This document shows positions 39,282 through 48,932 of a stretch of 64,000 nt of DNA, piece after piece (position 1 is the stretch's first letter; each line of letters begins with the position of its first letter). Below the pieces are notes generated by a model. It saw only the letters and a program-made list of their open reading frames with translations, was not told where the DNA came from and did not search any database. Source of the DNA: a bacterium. GTDB taxonomy: Bacteria; UBA8248. The stretch spans positions 1,344,001 to 1,408,000 of the forward strand of contig OZ253442.1 of NCBI GenBank assembly GCA_965261085.1. The letters are read 5' to 3'. A program made the position numbers and the translations under genes.

Positions 39282-40283
39282 ATGCGTAACAGATTTAAGT
39301 GTCTCCCCCGCATCAGTGGAGCCGTCCTCACAGGATTGGTAGCCATGTCCCTGATGGGCGTCCATTTGAGTTCCGCGCCCGTAGAAGCCGCCACGGTGTA
39401 TCTCAACTTCGCGGGCAGCCGCCCCGGAGGCGGGTGGTTTTACATGGCGGGCGGCTTGTCGCCCATCCTGACCCGGGAGATCAAGTCTCTCAACGTGGTG
39501 GCGGAGTCCACCCAGGGCGACGTGGAGAACGTGCGCCGCATGGCCACGGGGGATCTGGATATGGCCATCGCTCACGCGCCGACCATGGCGGAGGCGTATC
39601 TCGGGGTCAGATCCTTCAAGGGCAAGAAGCCGGCCAAGGACGTTCGGGTGCTGATGAAATTCTACGACAGCCCGTTCGGGGTGCTCGCGCTGAAGAGTTC
39701 CGGCATCAAGACGTTCGACGATTTGGCCGGCAAGACCATCGCCGGCGGCCCGGCCGGCAGCGGGAGCATCAAGAACTTCAAAATGGCCCTGGAAGCCTTC
39801 GGCCTGATGAAAAAGATAAAGGCGGTCAAGTATCTGACCTACGCCGATGAGACCACCGCCATGATCGACGGCCGCCTCGACGCCGCGGCCCAGAACGGAT
39901 TGCATTCGGCCTGGACTCTTTCCCTGGATGCGCAGCGGCCCATTCGCCTCGTGCGCATGAGCGAGGTCCAACGCAAGTTGTTCATCAAGACGTATGCCGG
40001 ATTTTGGCCCGGCACCTACGATCCCACGAAAGTGTTCAAGACCGTCAAGGAGCCTTATCCCACGATTTGGAACACGGTTTTCTGGGTGATTAACAAACGT
40101 GTGCCGGAGAAAATCGCCTACGACATCGTCAAAACCGTATTCACTCCCCGGATCAAGAAGGTGCTGCCCAAGATCCACAGGCTGATGCGAGGGGTGGACA
40201 ACGGAGTCGTAGAGTCGCGCAAGTCCGGTCTGCCCATGCATCCGGGCGCGGCCAGGTACTGGCGTGAGAAGGGCATGAAGTAA
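39282..40283 (+). CDS. TAXI-family TRAP solute-binding protein
   Basis: Signal peptide, G...GG.W, STQGDVEN, GPAGSG, PMHPGAARYWREKG; AGGAGG RBS before 39282. Confidence 0.9.
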   Translation: MRNRFKCLPRISGAVLTGLVAMSLMGVHLSSAPVEAATVYLNFAGSRPGGGWFYMAGGLSPILTREIKSLNVVAESTQGDVENVRRMATGDLDMAIAHAPTMAEAYLGVRSFKGKKPAKDVRVLMKFYDSPFGVLALKSSGIKTFDDLAGKTIAGGPAGSGSIKNFKMALEAFGLMKKIKAVKYLTYADETTAMIDGRLDAAAQNGLHSAWTLSLDAQRPIRLVRMSEVQRKLFIKTYAGFWPGTYDPTKVFKTVKEPYPTIWNTVFWVINKRVPEKIAYDIVKTVFTPRIKKVLPKIHRLMRGVDNGVVESRKSGLPMHPGAARYWREKGMK

Positions 40284-40371
40284 ATCTCAAAGCCGGAAAC
40301 TTCGCCCGGGCCCCGCGGCGTCGGCCGCCGGCCGTTGGGGCCCGGGTTCCATTTCGCCGAGGAGTAATGGC

Positions 40372-42246
40372 ATGGCTCGCAAAACGGGGCTGCCTCAGAC
40401 GAGGCGGATCGAGGGGTCACTGCGTTACATGGTGATGGCCGTCGCCGTCGTCTTCTCCCTTTTCTACATCTACACGGGAACCTTCGGGATTTTCTCGACG
40501 CACAGCCACCGGGGATACTATCTGATCTTCACCGGCATCCTTCTCTTCCTCCTCTACCCGGCGAGCGATTCCTCTCCGCAGTCCCGGCCCAGCGCCGTCG
40601 ATTGGTTTCTGGTAGCGCTCACGGTCTTCGCCGCCGGCTACTGGATATGGGACACGCCCTACCGCGCGGAACGCATGGGCGAGCCGACGGCGATGGATAT
40701 GGTCATCGGCGGCATGCTGATCGTCGTCTCCCTGGAGATGGGCAGGAGGGTGCTGGGTAACGTGTTGCCGATCCTGGCGCTGATCTTCATGACCTACGCT
40801 TTCGTGGGACCCTGGCTTCCGGACATCGTCTTCGCCCATAAGGGGTTCACGCTTCAGCGCATCCTGGAGTTCATGGCCTCGGAGGTGGCGGTGTTCGGCG
40901 TCGTCATCAACGCCTATGCGTCCTACGTCTTTTTGTTCATCGCGTTCGCCGCTTTCCTGGAGGAGGCGGGCGGCGGAAACTTCCTGGTGCAGTTCGCCAA
41001 CGCCCTGGCCGGCCGCAGCCGGGGCGGTCCGGCCAAGGTGGCGGTCATCTCCAGCGGCTTCGTGGGTTCGATGATGGGCAGCGGCGTCGCCAACGTGGTG
41101 GCCACGGGGTCTTTCACCATCCCGCTGATGAAGCGCACGGGCTACCGGCCCCACATCGCCGGCGCGGTGGAGGCGGCCGCCTCCACGGGAGGCCAGTTCA
41201 TGCCGCCGATCATGGGAGCGGCCGCGTTCATCATCGCCGCCATCACGGAGATCCCCTATGTAGAGGTCATCGCCGTCGCCGCCGTCCCCGCCGTCATCTA
41301 TTTCCTGTCGATTCTCTTCTTCGTTCATATCGAAGCGGCCAAGGAGGGCATCCGTCTGGTTCCGGCCGACGAGGTGCCGGCCTTGAAGGCCGTCCTAAAG
41401 AGTGGGGGCCACCTTCTCCTGCCCGCCTTCTTCATGGTTTTCGTTCTCTTACAGGGGCATTCTCCCAACCTTGCGGCCGTGGTGGCCATTTATTCCATCG
41501 TCGTGGTGAGTTTCCTGCGGCGGGAGACGCGCCTGACGCCCCGGCGCCTTTTGGACGCCCTCGTGCTGGGAGCGCGGAATTCGCTGGTGGTGGGCGCCAC
41601 GGCGGGCGTGGTGGGCCTGATGATCGGCGCCATCATGTTGACGGGACTGGGGATCAAGTTCAGCGATTTCATCATCAACGCCACCGGCGGTTACCTGTTC
41701 CTCACGCTCACGCTCGTGGGCGTCGTCTGCTATATCCTGGGGATGGGCATGACGGTGGTGGCCGCCTACGTCGTGGTCTCCGTCATCGCCGTGCCCGCTT
41801 TGCAGCAACTCGGCGTTCCGCTTCTGGCCTCTCATCTGATCGTTTTCTGGTTCATCCTCACCTCGGGCGTTACCCCGCCGGTCGCGCTGGCCGCCTTCGC
41901 GGCGTCGGGCATCGCGCAATCAGACGTCAACCAGACGGCGTACGCGGCGCTGCGCATGTCGCTCGCGCTCCTCATTACGCCTTATCTTTTCGCCTATACG
42001 AACCTCCTGGAGATAAATAACTTCGGGCCCATGCTGCTGACGGCCGTCAGCGTCACCTTGGGTTTCCTGGCGATGGTCGGCGCCTTGCAGGGGTTTCTTC
42101 TGGCGCCGGTGCCGCCGGTGCTGCGAATGCTGCTGGTGGTGTCCGCCGCGCTCCTCTTCACGCCTTCGCTGCTTCTACGCGCTTTGGGGTTCCTCGGTCT
42201 GGCGGGCGTATTGGTCTCTCAGAAATGGGCCGGCCGCCAGGCGTGA
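40372..42246 (+). CDS. TRAP transporter fused 4TM/12TM permease
   Basis: GGPAKVAV, GSGVANVVATGSFTIPLMK, EAAASTGGQFMPPIMG, TPPVALAAF. Confidence 0.93.
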   Translation: MARKTGLPQTRRIEGSLRYMVMAVAVVFSLFYIYTGTFGIFSTHSHRGYYLIFTGILLFLLYPASDSSPQSRPSAVDWFLVALTVFAAGYWIWDTPYRAERMGEPTAMDMVIGGMLIVVSLEMGRRVLGNVLPILALIFMTYAFVGPWLPDIVFAHKGFTLQRILEFMASEVAVFGVVINAYASYVFLFIAFAAFLEEAGGGNFLVQFANALAGRSRGGPAKVAVISSGFVGSMMGSGVANVVATGSFTIPLMKRTGYRPHIAGAVEAAASTGGQFMPPIMGAAAFIIAAITEIPYVEVIAVAAVPAVIYFLSILFFVHIEAAKEGIRLVPADEVPALKAVLKSGGHLLLPAFFMVFVLLQGHSPNLAAVVAIYSIVVVSFLRRETRLTPRRLLDALVLGARNSLVVGATAGVVGLMIGAIMLTGLGIKFSDFIINATGGYLFLTLTLVGVVCYILGMGMTVVAAYVVVSVIAVPALQQLGVPLLASHLIVFWFILTSGVTPPVALAAFAASGIAQSDVNQTAYAALRMSLALLITPYLFAYTNLLEINNFGPMLLTAVSVTLGFLAMVGALQGFLLAPVPPVLRMLLVVSAALLFTPSLLLRALGFLGLAGVLVSQKWAGRQA

Positions 42247-42416
42247 GCCGGAAATTCCTCTTTTTGGGGCAAGCGGCATTTGAAGCGGCGGATTGCATTT
42301 CGTATCCGCTCGGCTACAATGATCATCGCCACATTCTATTGTCTTGATGCTGAAATCTTTCGTTTCTCAAGCCGCGCCATCCGGCGGTCGGAACGCGCTT
42401 ACAAGGAGAACAAAGC

Positions 42417-43370
42417 ATGGTGGAACGCAGAAGCTATTCGGGAATCCTGCCCGCGATGCAGGTTCCCATGCTGGACAACCTGGATATCGACGAGGCCGAA
42501 CTGCGCCGCTTCTCCTCATGGCTGGCCGGGTTCGAAGGGGTGAACGGGCTCGTCACCAACGGCCACACGGGCGAGGTATTCTCACTCACCGCGCGTGAGC
42601 GCGCCGAGGTGACGAGAATCGTCGCCGACGCCGTCGGCGGAAGCGTGCCGGTCATCTCGGGTCTCGCGTGCGAGGGCATCCGCGACGGCATAGAACACGC
42701 CGAGATGGCCCGGGAAGCGGGTGCCGACGGGCTGCTCGTGATGCCGTTTCACCACTGGCTGCGCTTCGGACATCGTCCGCAGCACGTCATCGACTACTTC
42801 ACGGCGATAGGCGAGGCGTCCGACCTGAACCTCGTGGTGCACGTGTATCCCGCGTGGACGAAGGCGAGCTACAGCTCTGAGCTTCTGGGCGAACTCGGCC
42901 AGATTCCCTGGGTCACATGCTTTAAGGTCGGCACGCGCGAGATGTCGCAATACGCGCGCGACATCGCCTCCATCCGCGAGAACGCGCCCGATACGACGAT
43001 CCTGACCTGTCACGACGAATATCTTCTCGCCTCGATGGTGCAGGGCGTGGACGGCGCGCTCGTCGGGTTCGCCTCGTTCATTCCCGACATCATCACCGCG
43101 CTCTATGAGGCCGTAAAGAACGGCGACCTGCACCGCGCGCAGGAGATACAGGCCCGGATTCTCCCGCTCAAGGAAGTCGTCTATTCGAGCGGCGAACCCT
43201 CAGGGGAGGCCCACGCGCGCATGAAGACGGCGATGGTGCTCGCCGGGCGCTTCAAGTCGCCCGCCGTGCGGCCCCCGAGCGAGGTCGCCAAGGGACGCAC
43301 GTTCGAGGCGATCAGAAACGCCGTGGAGCAATCGGGCCTGCTGGCGCTGGAAGCCACGACAGCCGGATAG
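42417..43370 (+). CDS. dihydrodipicolinate synthase-family class I aldolase/lyase
   Basis: NGHTGE, GADG, Schiff-base Lys in FKVG; TTGCAT-N16-TACAAT promoter-like signal at 42293..42320. Confidence 0.85.
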   Translation: MVERRSYSGILPAMQVPMLDNLDIDEAELRRFSSWLAGFEGVNGLVTNGHTGEVFSLTARERAEVTRIVADAVGGSVPVISGLACEGIRDGIEHAEMAREAGADGLLVMPFHHWLRFGHRPQHVIDYFTAIGEASDLNLVVHVYPAWTKASYSSELLGELGQIPWVTCFKVGTREMSQYARDIASIRENAPDTTILTCHDEYLLASMVQGVDGALVGFASFIPDIITALYEAVKNGDLHRAQEIQARILPLKEVVYSSGEPSGEAHARMKTAMVLAGRFKSPAVRPPSEVAKGRTFEAIRNAVEQSGLLALEATTAG

Positions 43371-43413
43371 TCGTTCGTTTCATAGGGGAACCCAAACAAG
43401 GGAGAGAAAACCC

Positions 43414-44427
43414 ATGCTCAAGAAGAGAATACGCTTCAAGGGCCTCATGGCCGCCCTTCTGCTGGCTGCGTCGACCCTGGTCGCCGCTCCTGCGGCGTAC
43501 GCCGCCGATCCGTTCAGCATCGGCGCGATGCGGCCCGGTTCGGCCTGGTACGTCTTCGGCGCGACGCTGGCCCAACTGCTCAAGCCCAGCCTGCCCAAGG
43601 GCAGCAACCCCGAGGTCATCGCGCGCGGCGGAGGCGTCAGCAATCCCGCCGCCGTGGACAAGAAAAAGGCGACCATCGCGCTCTCGAACGTGGCTTCGGC
43701 GCTTTGGGCCTACAATGGCCTACAGGGCGTCTACAAGCAAAAGCACAACAACATCCGCGCGCTCATCGGCGGGCTGAACAAGGTGCGCGTCACCGCCATG
43801 GTGACCGAGAGCTATATCAAGCGAACGGGCAACGACACGCTCGAAAAAGCGCTGCTCTCCAAGCCGCCCGCGCGCATCGTCATGAAGCCGGCGGGCAGCA
43901 CCGTCCCCGTCGTCGCCGACATGCTCATGGCTGCGCTGGGAACGAGCCGCAAGGACATGAAGGCTCGGGGCGGTAAGATCTTCCAGGTGGCCGCGAACCA
44001 GATTCCGGCGATCATCAAGGACGGCCGCGCGGACCTCTATTTCGAGGTCGCCATCCCCAGGCACCCGACGGTGACGGAGGTCACGACCACCAACGCGATG
44101 CGCTTCCTGAGCTTTCCTCCTAAGGCGCTCAAGGCTCTCGCCGCCCAGGGCTTGAGAACGGCGGCCGTGCCGGGCAAGTGGTTCAAGGGGATCAAGGGAA
44201 AGGTGTTGGCCGTCGACCTCGGCACCGTGCTCATCGCGCACAAGGACATGTCGGATTCGCTCGCCTACACCATCACGAAAACGCTGGCCGAGAACAAGAA
44301 GGCTATGGGCAAGGCCCACGCGGCCTGGAGATTCTTCAAGCCCGAAAACGGCGGCAAATCCGCGAGCGTCGGGGTGCCGCTGCATCCGGGCGCGGCGAAG
44401 TATTTCAAGGAAAAAGGCTGGCTGTAG
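43414..44427 (+). CDS. TAXI-family TRAP solute-binding protein
   Basis: Signal peptide, PGSAWY, GGGVSN, VPLHPGAAKYFKEKG. Confidence 0.9.
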   Translation: MLKKRIRFKGLMAALLLAASTLVAAPAAYAADPFSIGAMRPGSAWYVFGATLAQLLKPSLPKGSNPEVIARGGGVSNPAAVDKKKATIALSNVASALWAYNGLQGVYKQKHNNIRALIGGLNKVRVTAMVTESYIKRTGNDTLEKALLSKPPARIVMKPAGSTVPVVADMLMAALGTSRKDMKARGGKIFQVAANQIPAIIKDGRADLYFEVAIPRHPTVTEVTTTNAMRFLSFPPKALKALAAQGLRTAAVPGKWFKGIKGKVLAVDLGTVLIAHKDMSDSLAYTITKTLAENKKAMGKAHAAWRFFKPENGGKSASVGVPLHPGAAKYFKEKGWL

Positions 44428-44501
44428 ACCGGCCACGGCGGGGCGGGGGACGGCGGGTTTCGTCCTCCGCCCCGTTTCCTCGCAGCGGGGTTTCATGAGC
44501 C

Positions 44502-46367
44502 ATGCGCATGGTCACGCTCGCTATCGGCGCCCTCTGGCTGGCGTTCCAGATGTGGATCGTCTTCTACCCCCAGGCGCCGCTGGTCGAGCGGCCCCTCCAC
44601 CTGCTTCTGGCGCTGGCGCTCGTCCTTCTCTTCAATCCACTGAGTACAACAGGCGCTCCGGGGCGGCGCGCCCGCCTGATGGACGCCCTGCTGCTGGCGG
44701 GGACGCTGGCCGTCTTTGCGTATTACGCCCTTTCATCGACCAGGCTCACCGAACGCATGGAAATCATCGACCCGGTGCTCGCCGTCGACGTGGCGGCTTT
44801 TGCGCTCATCATTGTGCTGTTGTTCGAGGGCGTGCGCCGCACGGTGGGCTGGCCGCTCCTGGGCGTTTTGCTCGTTTTTTTCGCCTATGCGTTCATCGGC
44901 AAGATGCTGCCCGGCGCTTTCGGTTTTAGGGGTTTCACGATCGACGAAGTGGTCGAGATCATGACCATGACGACCAACGGCGTACTGGGGATCACCACGG
45001 CGACCTCCCTCCAGTTCGTCTTCTACTTCGTTCTCTTCGGGGCGGTCTACTCGGGCATCGGCGGCGGGCAGTTGTTCATCGACCTCGCGCTCAAGGTGGC
45101 GGGCCGCTTCGCCGGAGGCGCAGCGAAGGCAGCCGTCGTGAGTTCGAGCCTGATGGGGTCGATCAGCGGCAGCGCGGTGGCGAACGTGGCGACGACGGGC
45201 GTTTTCACCATCCCGCTGATGAGGAAGACCGGCTACGGGCCGGCGCACGCGGGCGCCGTGGAGGCCATCGCTTCCACCGGCGGCCAGTTGATGCCGCCCA
45301 TCATGGGCATCGCCGCGTTCGTGATGGCGGAGATGTTGCAGATATCCTACGCGCGCATCGCAGCCGCCGGACTCATCCCGGCGCTGGCGTTCTACACCGC
45401 CATCTTTATCTACATCGACCTGCGCGCCCGGGCGGAGGGAGCGCTCGCGCTCGATGCGAGTGAGCTGACGCCCGAAGACCCCATCGCGGGAAGACTCTAC
45501 CTGCTCCTGCCGCCACTGGTGCTGATCGCCATGCTGGTCGCGGGCTTTTCGGCCACATACGCCGCCGTCATCGGCACGGCCTCGTGCGTGGTGGTCGCCT
45601 ACCTTCGCCGCAAGAGCTGGCTTAACGTTTCCGAATGGTTCGAAGTGGTGCGCAGCGGCGCGCGACAGGCCGCGGAAATCGCCGTGCCCATCGCCGCCAT
45701 CGGCATCATCATCGCCGTCGCCATCCAGTCGAACCTGGCGCTCAAGTTCTCCTCCGGGCTCATCGGCGCATCGGGCGGTAAACTCTATCTCGCCATGTTC
45801 CTCATCATCATCGGGTGCCTCATCATGGGCATGGGCCTGCCGACGGTCGCCGCCTACATCATCGGCGCCATCCTCTTCGTGCCGGCGCTCAAGGATTTGG
45901 GAATCGCCGAGCTTCCCGCTCATTTCTTCGTCATGTATTACTGCGTGCTCTCGATGGTCACGCCGCCGGTGGCGCTGGCGTCGTTCACCGCGGCGGGAAT
46001 CTCAGGCGCAGGCTCGATGGAGACGAGCTTGATCGCCTTTCGCTTGAGCCTCGTTTCGTTCCTGATCCCCTTCGCCTTCGCGTTCGACCCGAGATTGTTG
46101 GGGCAGGGCGATTTGGGCTGGGTCGCCCTGGCGTGCATCTCGCTTTTCGGCGCGACGGGCGCATGGGCGGTCGCGCTCAGCGGTTACCTCAGAGGCTTCC
46201 TGCGTTTCCCCGAACGCGCTCTCTACGGTGCAGTCGCCGTGGCCGTCATTCTGTTCCCGACCGGCGGGGCCGCGTGGGCGTTCGCGTTCACGGCGCTCCT
46301 CGTTCTCGCGGCTTGGGGACTGTGGTTCGGCCCGCGTATGCGCGCATCGGGACGCGAGGGAATCTGA
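44502..46367 (+). CDS. TRAP transporter fused 4TM/12TM permease
   Basis: GGAAKAAV, SGSAVANVATTG.FTIPLM, ASTGGQLMPPIMG, TPPVALASF. Confidence 0.93.
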   Translation: MRMVTLAIGALWLAFQMWIVFYPQAPLVERPLHLLLALALVLLFNPLSTTGAPGRRARLMDALLLAGTLAVFAYYALSSTRLTERMEIIDPVLAVDVAAFALIIVLLFEGVRRTVGWPLLGVLLVFFAYAFIGKMLPGAFGFRGFTIDEVVEIMTMTTNGVLGITTATSLQFVFYFVLFGAVYSGIGGGQLFIDLALKVAGRFAGGAAKAAVVSSSLMGSISGSAVANVATTGVFTIPLMRKTGYGPAHAGAVEAIASTGGQLMPPIMGIAAFVMAEMLQISYARIAAAGLIPALAFYTAIFIYIDLRARAEGALALDASELTPEDPIAGRLYLLLPPLVLIAMLVAGFSATYAAVIGTASCVVVAYLRRKSWLNVSEWFEVVRSGARQAAEIAVPIAAIGIIIAVAIQSNLALKFSSGLIGASGGKLYLAMFLIIIGCLIMGMGLPTVAAYIIGAILFVPALKDLGIAELPAHFFVMYYCVLSMVTPPVALASFTAAGISGAGSMETSLIAFRLSLVSFLIPFAFAFDPRLLGQGDLGWVALACISLFGATGAWAVALSGYLRGFLRFPERALYGAVAVAVILFPTGGAAWAFAFTALLVLAAWGLWFGPRMRASGREGI

Positions 46368-46405
46368 ATCATGAGGCCGGGCGTTTCTTAGGGAGAATCG
46401 ATCAG

Positions 46406-47239
46406 ATGAATTGGCGCCTGTTTCATCATAAAACTGGTTGCGAACATCCGTTCCCGGCGGTGTGTATCCGCTTCGCGGTGGTTTGCTTTATGTTGCCGGC
46501 GGCTTGGTGCGTATTCCCGAAGGCGCAAGTTATTGGGGCGACTGCTGCGGCTCCCACCGTCGTGCTGGCGGACTCCCGGAAGCCCCCAAAGGTCTCCGAG
46601 GCCGCTCTGCTGGCCCACCGGATACTGGCGAGAGAAACCGACGATTTACTCCTTGACGCGAAGCGGCGGCGCGAACTCGCTCGTGAAATCGAGGGGGTTC
46701 TGGTGCGGCTTAGATACGCGCACCCCGAGGTGGCTGAGATTTCCGCCCGGGCGGCCCATCTGCCCGGAGTGCTTCTCCTGGGCGTAAAGCCTGATTTGAT
46801 GGATATCGTCTCGCGTCTGCTTAGGGGTAAAAGCGGACCCGTGGCGCTGCGCACCGGGAAGGCGGCGTTCGACGCCCTGAACGCGAGGCTTGGGCTTCGG
46901 GCCGTGCGTCTGTTCCGCCGCACGGGCGTCCTCCTCATGCGCTTGAGCGAGCGAGCAAACGTCCAAGCGGCGCGAAGGGCGTACCTGAAGATTGCGGGAG
47001 TCGAATACGCCGAAGCCGACGCGCACCTGGGAGATGGCTCCGACATCGAAGCGTCGAAAGCGGGTGATGCCTGGCATATCGTCGTTCGCAAGGCGTGGGG
47101 GGATTGCCCCGCCGGCTGCATCTACAAGAAGATGTTTTTCTTCATCGTGAGGGATGAAAAAAACGAGCGAATCGAACCCTCGAAAGCAACAGGGATGCCC
47201 GAATTCAGGAAACTCCTCGAAACAAGAAAGTGGCGTTGA
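46406..47239 (+). CDS. hypothetical protein, possibly exported
   Basis: C-terminal part of ORF 45815..47239; GGGAG RBS-like sequence before ATG 46406; hydrophobic N-terminal segment; WGDCPAGCI motif. Confidence 0.55.
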   Translation: MNWRLFHHKTGCEHPFPAVCIRFAVVCFMLPAAWCVFPKAQVIGATAAAPTVVLADSRKPPKVSEAALLAHRILARETDDLLLDAKRRRELAREIEGVLVRLRYAHPEVAEISARAAHLPGVLLLGVKPDLMDIVSRLLRGKSGPVALRTGKAAFDALNARLGLRAVRLFRRTGVLLMRLSERANVQAARRAYLKIAGVEYAEADAHLGDGSDIEASKAGDAWHIVVRKAWGDCPAGCIYKKMFFFIVRDEKNERIEPSKATGMPEFRKLLETRKWR

Positions 47240-47367
47240 CGACGGGCGTGCGGGATGAGAGTCTCACCCCCGCTTCCAGATGACAGATAAACTTTGCTTG
47301 CTGCGAACAGGGGTAGCAGGGTCATTATCAACCAGTCGAGAGACGCACCCGAGGAGGAACTGAAACA

Positions 47368-47745
47368 ATGAACATCGCATATGTTTTCGCCACCGACATG
47401 TCGGCCACCTACAAGCTCGGCACCATGATCCTGCCGCAACTCGAAGCCGGCACGCACGGTGTGAACGTCGTCGGCATGTTTTTCTTCGACGATAACCTGT
47501 TCTGCCTGCGCGAGGGCGATGAGATAGGCGAGCGTCTGGCCAAGGTCGCCGCGGAGCAGAACATCCTCCTCATGGTCTGCGATCAGTGCGCCGTGCGGCG
47601 CAACCTCGCCGAGGGCACGTTCGAGCAGTGCGGATCGGGCGACGTGACGGCGAAGGGCCTGGTGGCCGGCGTGGGCGCCGGCTGCTTCCCGCAGCTCTAC
47701 ACGGCGCTCGCCCCCGCCGCGCCCGACCTCGTCATCACGCTGTAG
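47368..47745 (+). CDS. DsrE/SaoD-like small protein
   Basis: MILPQLE..THG..VVGMFFFDDN, CDQCA, GCFP.LY; GAGGAGG RBS. Confidence 0.7.
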   Translation: MNIAYVFATDMSATYKLGTMILPQLEAGTHGVNVVGMFFFDDNLFCLREGDEIGERLAKVAAEQNILLMVCDQCAVRRNLAEGTFEQCGSGDVTAKGLVAGVGAGCFPQLYTALAPAAPDLVITL

Positions 47746-47831
47746 GGCTTGGCGGATAGACCCGTATTTCGATCTGTGATTCTTCTGTTTCCGATCGGGA
47801 TTGCCTTAGCCCCCTTGAGGTGCACTTCAAC

Positions 47832-48006
47832 ATCACTCCCCCCTTGAGGGGGAGTCGCAGAAGCCGAGCCCTTCTGGGCGAAGGCTGATGCGGTGGGGGG
47901 TCAAACACAAGTAAAGAGGGAGCGATTGCTCCGTCGGGTCCCCCCACCAGTTCGCTTGCGGGCTTGCGCCCTTACCTCGCTGACTCCCCCTCAAGGGGGA
48001 AGTGAT
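47832..48006. repeat. paired CTCCCCCTTGAGGGGGAG-type palindromic repeat element
   Basis: atcactccccccttgagggggagt ... gactccccctcaagggggaagtgat inverted pair; second copy at 60145..60300. Confidence 0.8.
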
Positions 48007-48105
48007 TTCAAGTCCAAGGGGAGAGCGATTCCCGCCGCCGTGCATCGCGGACCCTTTACACGACAGCGCTCGGGTGCGGTGGGGTTATCATTACTTTTCC
48101 GAAAC

Positions 48106-48927
48106 TCAGGCGGATTTGAGCATGCAGTAGGAGTGCAGCCCGCTCCACTCGGCGAGCGCCGGGGCGGATTCGGGCGCATGGCGTTTGCAGACGTCCAGCA
48201 TGGCGCCTGATTCGATGATTTCGAGCTTGTTCCTCTTCTCGAAGGCGGAGAGATCGTCGAAGCCCGTCACCCATTTCGCCCCGAAATGGTTTTCGAAATA
48301 ATCCGTGGTCGCCGTCATCGTCTCGTTCCCGGACGTGCGGTTGATGATTTTTTCGGAGAAATAATCAAAGGCGACGATGAGGCGCGGAATCCGCGCGCGC
48401 AGCCTATCCAGAAAATCATGGATCAACTGGGCGGGAAGATACATGGTGTTGCCTTCCCAGATGAAAAGGGTCGGAGCTTCTAAGTCAAAACCCCTCCCGG
48501 CGAGTTCTCCAGGAAGATCGAGTTCGAGATAATTGCCCGGAATCGAAGTGCAGGGCGAAACGCCGCGGGTTTCGAGAATCTTGCGTTTGAACGCGAGCAC
48601 CGCAGGCTGATCGACGTCGCAGAAACGGACGCCTTGGGTTTTGAAAATGTGGGCGCGCATGTCGAAGCCCGCGCCCAGTGTGACGATCTGTTTCACGCCG
48701 TCTGCTATCGCGCGCTCTAAGGTCTCGTTCATGATGCACACCCGGTAGCGCGCCGTCTCCCGGACCGCCGGAAAGTTGTGGATAAGTTCGCGGAACTTCG
48801 CCGTCGCTTCCTCATCAATGAACCACGCAGCAAAAGGGTCCTCGAACAGAGGGCGCGCCTCGTCTTTTTCTATCGAGCGAACGCATGAAGGAAAAAACGC
48901 GGTTGCGCCGATTTCGTTTATGTCCAT
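48106..48927 (-). CDS. class I SAM-dependent methyltransferase (leucine carboxyl methyltransferase / ML2640-like)
   Basis: TAF....R..E, LFEDPFA, QIVTLGAGFDMR, DVDQP, WEGNTMYL. Confidence 0.85.
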   Translation of the reverse strand: MDINEIGATAFFPSCVRSIEKDEARPLFEDPFAAWFIDEEATAKFRELIHNFPAVRETARYRVCIMNETLERAIADGVKQIVTLGAGFDMRAHIFKTQGVRFCDVDQPAVLAFKRKILETRGVSPCTSIPGNYLELDLPGELAGRGFDLEAPTLFIWEGNTMYLPAQLIHDFLDRLRARIPRLIVAFDYFSEKIINRTSGNETMTATTDYFENHFGAKWVTGFDDLSAFEKRNKLEIIESGAMLDVCKRHAPESAPALAEWSGLHSYCMLKSA

Positions 48928-48932
48928 TGAAC

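Noticed and set aside
28820-45923. Long antisense or alternate-frame ORFs (28820..30196, 32773..33783, 36658..38040, 39126..40241, 44733..45923)
   Set aside because: They are shadows of well-supported genes in GC-rich DNA and have no recognisable motifs.
45815-46405. N-terminal 197 codons of the 474-aa ORF as a real overlapping extension
   Set aside because: It overlaps the TRAP permease out of frame and has Arg-rich shadow composition; the start at 46406 is more plausible.
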